From UHGV virus genome UHGV-0196841: 19,870 bases of DNA; one strand, given 5' to 3'. Numbering within the stretch: position 1 is the stretch's first letter; the number at the start of each line of letters is the position of its first letter. Of the stretch, positions 1 through 7,458 are shown piece by piece. The DNA is from a virus. The notes below the pieces were generated by a model. It was not told the origin of the DNA. It did not search any database and saw only the letters and a list, made by a program, of their open reading frames with translations. Made by a program: the position numbers and the translations under genes.

Positions 1-876
1 GTGACCTGACTGGATTGGGAAAGAAACGCCATCGTTCCAGCGTGTGGAGGAACAGGCGTTATAGGTGGTAGGCCCTTTGCAGCCCATTTTGTACAGGCAG
101 TAACCTTTGCGGGCAGCGTCATCGTCCCAACTCTGCACGAACTCTCCGGCGTCAAAGTGAGCGCGGCGATAACATTTATCGTGGATTCGCTGACCATAGA
201 ACATCAATGGACGGCCCATTCTGTCGACATCCGGCAGACGATCAAAGGTCACCATGTAAGTAATGATGGCGCTCATCACATCCGGGATTGGCGGGCAGCC
301 TGGCACTTTAATGATCGGTTTGTCGGTAATGACTTTATCGATAGGCGTTGCCTGCGTCGGGTTAGGTCGCGCGGCTTGTACACAGCCCCAGGACGCACAG
401 GTGCCCCAGGCAATAATTGCACTGGCTCCGGCAGCGGCACGTTTGAGTTTCTCAATAAACGGTCGACCGCTGCTGATACAAAACATCCCCTGCTCGCCCA
501 GCGGCGGATTACCTTCTACTGCGAGGATATATTTGCCATTGTATTGCGTGATGATGTCTTCAAAGACTTCTTCCGCCTGGGTTCCGGCGGCAGCCATCAA
601 AGTATCGTCGTAATCGAGGGAAATCAGGGAAAGGATGACGTCCTTCGCCAGTGGGTGAGCGGAGCGGATAAAAGATTCGGTACAGCAGGTGCATTCCAGA
701 CCGTGGATCCACACCACCGGAATGCGGGGTTTGTTCTCCAGCGCCCAGGCAATCTTTGGTGCCATCCCCGCGCCTAATCCCAGCGACGTTGCAGCCAGAC
801 TGCAATATTTGAGAAAGCTGCGCCGGGTAACGCCCTGACGCCGCATGGCCTGGTAAAATGTTTCCTCGTTATTCAT
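1..876 (-). CDS. hyaA: [NiFe] hydrogenase-1 small subunit, N-terminal 292 codons (3' end lies beyond window start)
   Basis: Reverse-complement translation from ATG at 876 reads [65 protein letters not shown]..., with a twin-arginine (Tat) signal motif (TRRSFLK) and Cys-rich FeS-cluster motifs typical of hydrogenase small subunits. Frame stays open to position 1. AAGGAG lies upstream of the ATG. Absent from the ORF track because no stop codon falls inside the window. Confidence 0.9.
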   Translation of the reverse strand, partial: MNNEETFYQAMRRQGVTRRSFLKYCSLAATSLGLGAGMAPKIAWALENKPRIPVVWIHGLECTCCTESFIRSAHPLAKDVILSLISLDYDDTLMAAAGTQAEEVFEDIITQYNGKYILAVEGNPPLGEQGMFCISSGRPFIEKLKRAAAGASAIIAWGTCASWGCVQAARPNPTQATPIDKVITDKPIIKVPGCPPIPDVMSAIITYMVTFDRLPDVDRMGRPLMFYGQRIHDKCYRRAHFDAGEFVQSWDDDAARKGYCLYKMGCKGPTTYNACSSTRWNDGVSFPIQSGH

Positions 877-1260
877 ATCGCACGTCTCTTCTCCTTGCGA
901 CACCGGCAGGACACCGGGCGCTTATGGTCGGCAAGCGACGTCCCTGTAGCAAGGCAAACCATCGCTTCACGTGAGATGCTGAAAACGAAAGCTCATCCTT
1001 CTGCACTGGCGCACGTCGCCAGAAAGTAATGTTAATAAAGCGTAGTGAAACTTTTGCACAAAACAATACAAACTGTGTGGATTTATCTTTTAGCGATAAA
1101 AATGGACCTATTTTTCTTTGGCCGGGCGGTGGGGATGTTTAGCCGGTTGCTAAACGAGTAAAAGAGAAGGAATTCATGGTGATGAAATGATCAATCTGCT
1201 GTTATTTCACGCTATCAATGCACTTTTGGCTGTTTTTCAGGCAAACAAACAAATTAGGGG

Positions 1261-1289
1261 TTTACACGCCGCATCGGGATGTTTATAGT
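1261..1289 (+). promoter_or_regulatory. Candidate sigma70 promoter of serT: -35 TTTACA (1261-1266), 17-bp spacer, -10 TATAGT (1284-1289), GC-rich discriminator GCGCGTC before the tRNA 5' end
   Basis: Near-consensus hexamers with 17-bp spacing placed 12 nt upstream of the mature tRNA start. A GC-rich discriminator is typical of stringently controlled stable-RNA promoters. Sequence reading only. Confidence 0.5.
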
Positions 1290-1301
1290 GCGCGTCATTC
1301 C

Positions 1302-1389
1302 GGAAGTGTGGCCGAGCGGTTGAAGGCACCGGTCTTGAAAACCGGCGACCCGAAAGGGTTCCAGAGTTCGAATCTCTGCGCTTCCGCCA
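1302..1389 (+). tRNA. serT: tRNA-Ser, anticodon UGA
   Basis: 88-nt sequence GGAAGTGTGGCCGAGCGGTTGAAGGCACCGGTCTTGAAAACCGGCGACCCGAAAGGGTTCCAGAGTTCGAATCTCTGCGCTTCCGCCA. It has a 7-bp acceptor stem (GGAAGTG/CGCTTCC), an anticodon stem CCGGT/ACCGG with loop CUUGAAA (anticodon UGA), a long variable arm typical of class II Ser tRNAs, a TTCGAAT T-loop and encoded CCA. Confidence 0.95.
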
Positions 1390-1396
1390 AATAATC

Positions 1397-1430
1397 AAGG
1401 GGTTACCAAACGGTAGCCCCTTTGCTTTTT
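1397..1430 (+). terminator. Hairpin AAGGGGTTACC-AAAC-GGTAGCCCCTT followed by TGCTTTTT; likely intrinsic terminator for serT, possibly bidirectional
   Basis: 11-bp stem (one G-U pair) with 4-nt loop at 1397-1422, then a T-run at 1426-1430 on the plus strand. On the minus strand the same stem is followed by GATTATTT, so it may also terminate the prophage late transcript after tfa. Confidence 0.5.
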
Positions 1431-1435
1431 GGGTT

Positions 1436-1469
1436 CTTGGTATAAACTTGGTATACCAATTGGTATATT
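1436..1469. repeat. Three direct copies of TTGGTATA (1437-1444, 1448-1455, 1460-1467; spacing 11 and 12 bp) forming overlapping perfect palindromes TTGGTATACCAA (1448-1459) and TATACCAATTGGTATA (1452-1467)
   Basis: Directly visible in the sequence. Located 47-78 bp 3' of serT, in the intergenic region between the tRNA and the last prophage gene. Confidence 0.6.
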
Positions 1470-1713
1470 TTCAGTCTTTAATATCTGCGATATTTTTCCC
1501 GCGAGCGCCTCTTTTGATGTCTTTGTGGCCTCAAGGTTTTTCTGAGCTAACGACCAGTTTCCTGATTGAATGCAAATCCCCCAGACTGCTCAGTTCTTCC
1601 TTCATCTCCCTCCGACGGCGATAAATCTCGTCATTGCGATCGACCTGCGCCTGCGCCATCTGTCAGCGCACCTGATATCACTACAGACATAGTTTTTCTC
1701 GCGATAAATTAAA

Positions 1714-2244
1714 TCAGGAAGAGGCTTCCGGAGAGACGGGCCATTCAATGGCGTTATATGAGGTTTTATCAGTGATGGTGCTGAAATCCATCGCCTGCAG
1801 CGATTTCGCGTAAATGCGCCAGACTGTCAGCTTTTCTTTTTCTTCATCACCGATGATTCCCAAAAGTAAATCCGTCTTCTTATCGGATATTTCCCGTTCG
1901 GCAATCGCAGTAAGACGTGCACGCTCCGACTCTGCCTGCTGCCTGTAGTCAACAGGGACCGGTAGTACTTCACCGTCTTTATAATACCAGCGCGCCTCTA
2001 TACAAAAGCCATCCGGTAGTTCATCCACTTCCACAATGGTAAAACCAACGGGATAAAGACGGGATACATCTTCCGCCACGGAATAAATAACGCCGGTTTC
2101 AGGATGCGTGCACAGCTTGTATTTCTTCGTGAATTTATCCAGTGATTCATAAAAATCCTGCCCGTCTTCACTACGGAAATACTGAATGCCGTCACCATAA
2201 GGCATGTCTTCAGGGTAGTAACGCGTAATGTTTGAGAGTTCCAT
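1714..2244 (-). CDS. Tail fibre assembly protein (Tfa / Mu U-like chaperone)
   Basis: 177 aa from ATG at 2244 (MELSNITRYY...), preceded by AAGGAG 6 nt upstream. The C-terminal region (QQAESERARL...LLLGIIGDEEKEKLTVWRIYAKSLQAMDFS...WPVSPE) matches the conserved Tfa pattern. Sits immediately downstream of a fibre gene. The ORF-track start at 2280 would overlap the fibre gene and lacks an RBS. Confidence 0.85.
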   Translation of the reverse strand: MELSNITRYYPEDMPYGDGIQYFRSEDGQDFYESLDKFTKKYKLCTHPETGVIYSVAEDVSRLYPVGFTIVEVDELPDGFCIEARWYYKDGEVLPVPVDYRQQAESERARLTAIAEREISDKKTDLLLGIIGDEEKEKLTVWRIYAKSLQAMDFSTITDKTSYNAIEWPVSPEASS

Positions 2245-2258
2245 TATTTTCTCCTTAA

Positions 2259-3368
2259 TTAACCTGATACAGATCGCCATGCACCATTAATATAAATCTG
2301 AGCCTGTTTGTAATACACGCCACCGATATTGTCTGCAGAGTTACGGCCAGTATCCTGAACATTAATGCCTGACAAAACACAACCAGAAGGTGCTCGAAAC
2401 GTCCAGCTGTGCTCGTTCCCGCCCGGGTTGTAAAACACCTCACTGGTATACTGAAAATTCTGTACGCCACCTGTTTTGGTCTGGTAGCGGGCATCGAAGT
2501 TTCCGTAGTCTGACGGTATAACCTGACGCCCGCATCGCCAGTTTCCCGCATCATCCATATACGCCTGACCGTCCGTACCATTATCCGTACGGCTATTATT
2601 TATCATGTAAATGCCAAACTGCTTATTCCCAAGACCAGCCAGGAAATACTTTCTGTCTGCATGATCCTGACGCAGAAGCGCCTGAGCAGCATCAGTATTT
2701 ATCCTGTTTTTCCCGAAAATAACGTTGTTGTCACGCATCTGAATCCACGTTCCGTTACTGCTGTTAATCGCAAAACGGCCTGCAAATACATCTTCTGTAA
2801 CATCCAGACCGTGTCCCATAGTTATGCGACCGGTCCTGAGATTAAGCGTAAAGGGGCGTAGCGGCCCAATATCACCACTCTCGCCCTGATTTTCCCGGGT
2901 AGGAATGAGGTGCAGACACTCTTCCGAACGACGAAAAATCAGACCAAAGGCTTCGTTGAAAATCCTCAGTGCATTAACACCACGGATTTTCAGCTCCCCG
3001 GTCATGGTGTCTCCATCACGCTGAACGGCATTTTTTGCCTTATCCACCGTGGGTTTTAATCCGAGGTTTTCAACAGCCTCATCACTGTCTTCGACATCCG
3101 AAAGATTATTTTTTATCAGCAATGCCTCTTCGTTAATTGCACCGCCCACCAGTAATAATATGGCTTTATATAACTGGTCGTGTTCCTCTTTATTCAGTTC
3201 TATCCCGGCCTTCTCAATGACACCACAGATTTCCTCCTGAAGGGCATCCCACATGGCACTGTTCAGCCAGGTGGCATGACGCCCTGTACGAATATTCCCG
3301 TCAGTAAATCCGTTCTTGCCCGGGCCAAATTTATCTTTAACTGCTGTCGGAGTGTCAATTCTGTGCAT
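2259..3368 (-). CDS. Tail fibre protein, distal/receptor-binding part (P2 gpH C-terminal-like)
   Basis: 369 aa. ATG at 3368 with GGGAGG 6 nt upstream. Segments AVQRDGDTMTGEL, SDYGNFDARY and the C-terminal AQIYINGAWRSV resemble the corresponding parts of P2 gpH-type fibres as I recall them. Followed directly by tfa. Confidence 0.8.
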   Translation of the reverse strand: MHRIDTPTAVKDKFGPGKNGFTDGNIRTGRHATWLNSAMWDALQEEICGVIEKAGIELNKEEHDQLYKAILLLVGGAINEEALLIKNNLSDVEDSDEAVENLGLKPTVDKAKNAVQRDGDTMTGELKIRGVNALRIFNEAFGLIFRRSEECLHLIPTRENQGESGDIGPLRPFTLNLRTGRITMGHGLDVTEDVFAGRFAINSSNGTWIQMRDNNVIFGKNRINTDAAQALLRQDHADRKYFLAGLGNKQFGIYMINNSRTDNGTDGQAYMDDAGNWRCGRQVIPSDYGNFDARYQTKTGGVQNFQYTSEVFYNPGGNEHSWTFRAPSGCVLSGINVQDTGRNSADNIGGVYYKQAQIYINGAWRSVSG

Positions 3369-3398
3369 ATTAAACCTCCCGTGAATGAAATATCAGAA

Positions 3399-4448
3399 TT
3401 ATGTCCTTGCCTGATTAAACAATTCCGCTGTGAAAGTCAGTTCACCCTTTGTGAAAGGCGTTTCTCCGCCTGGCTGGGCCATAAAACTCTGTGAGACAGT
3501 CGTCCAGCTGTTTGTGTCGCTTTGTACGCCATTCTCTGTAATCGTTGCACCTGCATGGCTGCCATTTTTCACTTTCCAGGCCAGGCAGTTATTGGGGGCA
3601 TCAGCACCGCGGTAAGTGACCGAGGCCATAACAGCCACAACATCACTGTTGCTGTTATCCACCGCATCAAACGTGGCCTGTGCTGCATTCAGGGACGGCG
3701 AGAGCATCAGATATCCGGCCTCGCTGTCAGAGGTGTTCAGCCCCGTGACAATATCTTTATTCAGTGAGTTTTTGGCGCTTCCACCGGTAAATGCCGTTAC
3801 CGGGCTGTATCTGACCTCAATGCTTCCGAGCAGGGCGGGTTCCGCGCTGTTATTTTTTCCGTATGCCACTGTTCCACAGTACATATCACCCAGCATTAAC
3901 GTGCCGGATGCACCCGATGAAAAAATATTGTCACCACTACCAATACTCACCTGAATTTTGTCAGTCCGGTCATCTGATACATAAAACGATGCATTTCCAA
4001 CTAATGAGCGGTTGCAGTACAGACTGGCTGAGACATAGCCGTTTTCGTTTCGCGTTGCGAAAATTTCATAGTAATAACTGGCTGCTTCATCAGGATACGG
4101 GGTTGTAAATGAATAGCCATTAATCCTGATGTGGGATGGCGAAGATGAATATTTCTTTCCCGCACTTAATGTCAGACGAAATCCCAGCTGTACAGCTGAG
4201 GATTTTAAGTCCGGAAGTGTGCTGTACAGTGTGACATATGAGGGTGTCGTAAAAATCAGCCCCGTTCTTTCTACAGTATTTACGGCCTGAGTGCCACGAC
4301 AGACGGATGTTACAGAACCGGACATATCATTGATAAGCGTGACACCGTTTTCGTTCAGTGCTGAAATAATATTTGTTGAATAATAGTTCTCGCACAATCC
4401 CTCATTCGCCGGAATTTGTCGAAAACTTTCGAGTTTAATAATATTCAA
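3399..4448 (-). CDS. Hypothetical protein, no recognisable family; possible tail fibre proximal part or accessory receptor-binding protein
   Basis: 349-aa ORF with apparent TTG start at 4448 and strong AAGGAG about 7 nt upstream; first in-frame ATG is far inside. Ser/Thr/Asn/Gly/Tyr-rich, no signal peptide or TM segment, five Cys. DNA is visibly more AT-rich than the flanking baseplate genes. Lies between the gp48-like gene and the fibre gene. Confidence 0.6.
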   Translation of the reverse strand: MNIIKLESFRQIPANEGLCENYYSTNIISALNENGVTLINDMSGSVTSVCRGTQAVNTVERTGLIFTTPSYVTLYSTLPDLKSSAVQLGFRLTLSAGKKYSSSPSHIRINGYSFTTPYPDEAASYYYEIFATRNENGYVSASLYCNRSLVGNASFYVSDDRTDKIQVSIGSGDNIFSSGASGTLMLGDMYCGTVAYGKNNSAEPALLGSIEVRYSPVTAFTGGSAKNSLNKDIVTGLNTSDSEAGYLMLSPSLNAAQATFDAVDNSNSDVVAVMASVTYRGADAPNNCLAWKVKNGSHAGATITENGVQSDTNSWTTVSQSFMAQPGGETPFTKGELTFTAELFNQART

Positions 4449-4471
4449 AGCGGCTCTCCTTTTATTTTATG

Positions 4472-5431
4472 TCATTCGGACGTGACCACAGCAAAATGCA
4501 GTCCCGGGTGATTAATCAATAACGGATCACGGGTTCTGCTGGCTGTCTGCAACTGCATACTGTTAACCGGTACGGGGGAGCGGGTCCTGTATCCCGTCTG
4601 CAACTGTGCGCAGTTCATGGTCATGGGGTCCGTTGTCGGCAGACCTGAGTGCAATTGCGCCCTGCTGAGTACCAGTGGTTCTGCCATCGGACGGGCGGCA
4701 TAAAAGTTAATCCGGTTAATTGTCAGCGGCTTACCTGTCAGTGCCGGAACAACCGCAAAATGAACACCTGTATGATTAATCGCTAATGGCTCAGTCGTCT
4801 TGTGTCCGGCCTGAAAGGAGAGGCTGTTTATAGTCAGGGCGGCTTGTTGCCCTTCACCAGACTCATCCGGATATGCAAAAAGGACAACAGTATGCGACGG
4901 ACATAATTTATTAATCACGCACTCCGCAACCGTATCACCCCACGTCCGGATCGGTGTGTTACAGGTGTCCGAACATGTCTGCCACTGAGCACCGGCATCC
5001 ACCGGCAACGTCACACGCCAGAAATAACGCCAGCGATCACCCCATTCCGGATCGGGGCTTGCATCCAGGTGCTGGAACTGTTCGATCGTCACGCCGGTAT
5101 ATCCCAGCGCCTCAAGCTGCTCCAGGAAGAACTGCTCATTTATGCCACCAGCCACATTGGCTTTTGCTTCCAGCCGTTGCTGACGCTGGCGTAATGTCTG
5201 GGCTCCAACAGGAGAGCAGGTGTCAGGTAAACCATACAATTCTTCATAACGTTCAATCAGCTCTGTTGACTGACCAGGATCGATTTCAGCCATCAGTTCA
5301 TCAGTCCGCTGATGAACACGTACAAGCGATGGTGCCAGACCATCAAGCACGCCGTCGGTATCGCTCCATGCAGGCCCCGGCGGCATCAGTCCGTACAGCA
5401 GCTTTGTATAATCATCCTGTAACGAATCCAT
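4472..5431 (-). CDS. Baseplate protein, Mu gp48 / DUF2313-like, with about 130-aa C-terminal repeat-containing extension
   Basis: 319 aa. ATG at 5431 overlaps the stop of the upstream gene (TAATG) and has AAGGAG upstream. Position directly after the Baseplate_J-like gene, and an N-terminus MDSLQDDYTKLLYGLMPPGPAW, fit the gp48/YmfQ family. The C-terminal third contains duplicated motifs (INHTGVHFAVV / INHPGLHFAVV; QLQTGYRTRSP / QLQTASRTRDP). Confidence 0.7.
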   Translation of the reverse strand: MDSLQDDYTKLLYGLMPPGPAWSDTDGVLDGLAPSLVRVHQRTDELMAEIDPGQSTELIERYEELYGLPDTCSPVGAQTLRQRQQRLEAKANVAGGINEQFFLEQLEALGYTGVTIEQFQHLDASPDPEWGDRWRYFWRVTLPVDAGAQWQTCSDTCNTPIRTWGDTVAECVINKLCPSHTVVLFAYPDESGEGQQAALTINSLSFQAGHKTTEPLAINHTGVHFAVVPALTGKPLTINRINFYAARPMAEPLVLSRAQLHSGLPTTDPMTMNCAQLQTGYRTRSPVPVNSMQLQTASRTRDPLLINHPGLHFAVVTSE

Positions 5432-6513
5432 TATTTACTCCTTGCCGGGTCATAAGCCTGCCAGGTGATCTCGCCGAGCACCGGAAGCTCGGTCTCCCCC
5501 AGGTCAATATCCGATGAAGGGACGATTAACCGGTGGGCCACTTCACCAGCAGACAAACTGATGGCCTCACTGATTCTGGACAGATACATACGCCCCTCTG
5601 GCACACCATCCCGTAACATCAGTGCATTCAGCTCTGCTTTTATTGCAGTCCTGATCTGCGGTGTGTCTTTCGATAATGCAATCGTCATCGGGATGACTTT
5701 TTCTGTGGCACCGAATACATACAATCCACTTCCGGCAACCGGTGTCAGAGGAAGAATGTGCTCTCTGACTGCATTAATGACGCTTTCATCCGGAGCCGGA
5801 TGTTCCGGATCGTTTGTCGCCACCATCACGCCAACCGTTCCAATGCCTTTCCAGTGTCTGAAAGTCCATGCACGGTTAATACCCTGAACTTCTTTCGCCC
5901 AGATAACATAATCAGGGTCTGCGCCCCCCTGTGGAATGTAGTAATAACGTTCCATAACGCGGGCACGCCATATTTCCAGATTTTCAATATCTTCACCGTC
6001 TGTAATGGTGTCCGCGTACCCTGTGGACGGCAGACCACTGACGGGTGTTCCCAGTTGCATGGCAATACCATCATCCGTATTCCCCGCCGCCCCCGGTTCA
6101 TCTGCCACAACAGGCACCCGGAGAAGACCATCGGCTGCGGTCACCGTCGCCGTCGTGGTGAAGGTCACCTGATCATCACGCTGGATCTGCGTTCCCGCTG
6201 GCAATACAGGTGTTCCCTCTACGCCATCCCAGCGCACAAATCCCCGGGCTGTCACCGCATCTTTTCGCAGGCAGCGTTTGATTCTGGCGTGCCGGTACAA
6301 CCAGTCTTCATCACACATGTCCGGCAACAGATTTCTGGCAAGATAATCGATATACCCGTACAACGTGTGTACGGCTGCAGCCTGTACACGGGCATACACT
6401 TCCGCATCCATACGACGAAGCAGCGTATCCTGCTCAAAGCGGGTTAATAAATCGCTCCGGATCATAGAAATAAGTTGCGGAAGGCCGGGGCGATAAAACT
6501 GACTGTCAGCCAT
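5431..6513 (-). CDS. Baseplate J-like protein (Mu gp47 / P2 gpJ family)
   Basis: 360 aa, ATG at 6513. Size and position match; assignment from recalled family similarity. Overlaps the upstream gene by 8 nt. Confidence 0.8.
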   Translation of the reverse strand: MADSQFYRPGLPQLISMIRSDLLTRFEQDTLLRRMDAEVYARVQAAAVHTLYGYIDYLARNLLPDMCDEDWLYRHARIKRCLRKDAVTARGFVRWDGVEGTPVLPAGTQIQRDDQVTFTTTATVTAADGLLRVPVVADEPGAAGNTDDGIAMQLGTPVSGLPSTGYADTITDGEDIENLEIWRARVMERYYYIPQGGADPDYVIWAKEVQGINRAWTFRHWKGIGTVGVMVATNDPEHPAPDESVINAVREHILPLTPVAGSGLYVFGATEKVIPMTIALSKDTPQIRTAIKAELNALMLRDGVPEGRMYLSRISEAISLSAGEVAHRLIVPSSDIDLGETELPVLGEITWQAYDPARSK

Positions 6514-6919
6514 TCAGTTCACTCCAGATATCATCAAAAATAATGTTGTGAATATTGCCGTCACGCTGGTAAATGGTAATGGCAAGTGCCAGCGAGTCTG
6601 TCCCGGTCCGGACAGCGTTAATATCAAGACGGGAAGCAACACCATCCTCCACCATCCACGCCAGCGCCTCACGGGCATAATCTCTGGCAAGCTGCGGGGT
6701 TTTATTTGTCAGCTTGCTGCGTCGCAGCAGATACAGACGCGACCCCGTGCGATCATTCTGAACAGCAGGCCAGGTATCCCCCCACCATCCAAATATCTGC
6801 GGTGCATCATCATCCCGCCCGGCACGCCGCCAGGTAAAAAGCGAAATAATCACAGCACGCGTCAGAAGGTCGAGCAAAGCCCCGGTCGACACGGGTCGCC
6901 CGTTAACATTAATCATCAT
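6506..6919 (-). CDS. Baseplate protein, Mu gp46 / P2 gpW-like
   Basis: 137 aa, ATG at 6919. Small protein between the gpV-like and gpJ-like genes, as in Mu and P2 baseplate clusters. Confidence 0.7.
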   Translation of the reverse strand: MMINVNGRPVSTGALLDLLTRAVIISLFTWRRAGRDDDAPQIFGWWGDTWPAVQNDRTGSRLYLLRRSKLTNKTPQLARDYAREALAWMVEDGVASRLDINAVRTGTDSLALAITIYQRDGNIHNIIFDDIWSELNG

Positions 6920-6924
6920 GATTT

Positions 6925-7458
6925 TCAGCCCATCGGTTGATCCGGCGTGTCAGTGATCCCGCCACCATCACCATTTTCGGTGTGTTTGTGGGCATTGTAG
7001 GTCTGCCGCATTTGCTGCATGCTGAGTCCGCCACTGTCGCAATTGTCAGTAATATCGGCGGTGGATTCGACTGGCATTTCAAAGCGCGCTTTAGGCGCGT
7101 TTTGAAAAATAATGGGCTTCCCGGCCCCGTTCACCACAATACCGGAACGGGTCAGGACAACGGACTGTCCCAGATCGTCATAAAGCGCCACTTCCCCACG
7201 TTTCAGTCCTTTCAGCCGGTAACGTCTGTCAGCCACGACCACAACCACACCATGAGAACGATCGCCCGCCGGAAATAAAGCAACGCCCTCAGCACCGTTC
7301 TGTGCGGCAGATGTAAAACCATAAGGTTCAAGGTGCTCAACGTGTTGTTTCTGATCTCCGGCTATCATTTTCAACCCTACAGACTGACACTTTCTGGCGG
7401 AATCCACCGCCGTGATGACAGCCCGGGAAATCAGATTGCGAAGAGAAAACCCGTTCAT
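6925..7458 (-). CDS. Baseplate assembly protein V / central spike (Mu gp45-like)
   Basis: 177 aa. ATG at 7458 overlaps the stop of the upstream gene (ATGA). Gly-rich C-terminus and conserved position. Confidence 0.75.
   Translation of the reverse strand: MNGFSLRNLISRAVITAVDSARKCQSVGLKMIAGDQKQHVEHLEPYGFTSAAQNGAEGVALFPAGDRSHGVVVVVADRRYRLKGLKRGEVALYDDLGQSVVLTRSGIVVNGAGKPIIFQNAPKARFEMPVESTADITDNCDSGGLSMQQMRQTYNAHKHTENGDGGGITDTPDQPMG

Noticed and set aside
157-777. 206-aa plus-strand ORF (and 263..613) overlapping the hyaA region
   Set aside because: Antisense to the well-supported hyaA reading frame; no RBS. Typical shadow ORF in GC-rich coding DNA.
869-1066. 65-aa minus-strand ORF in the hya upstream/leader region
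   Set aside because: Overlaps the hyaA start and promoter region, has no RBS, and its composition looks like random translation of regulatory DNA.
2245-2280. Upstream ATG at 2280 as the tfa start (ORF-track 188-aa version)
   Set aside because: It would overlap the end of the fibre gene and has no RBS, whereas the ATG at 2244 is preceded by AAGGAG immediately after the fibre stop codon.
1390-4448. Gin/Pin-type invertible fibre segment
   Set aside because: No invertase gene, no inverted duplicate fibre or tfa fragments, and only 325 bp between tfa and the tRNA.
4472-4900. Diversity-generating retroelement (variable repeat / template repeat) targeting the gp48-like C-terminus
   Set aside because: The two repeat copies differ at many base types rather than only at adenines, both are in-frame coding within the same gene, and no reverse transcriptase or accessory gene is present in the window.
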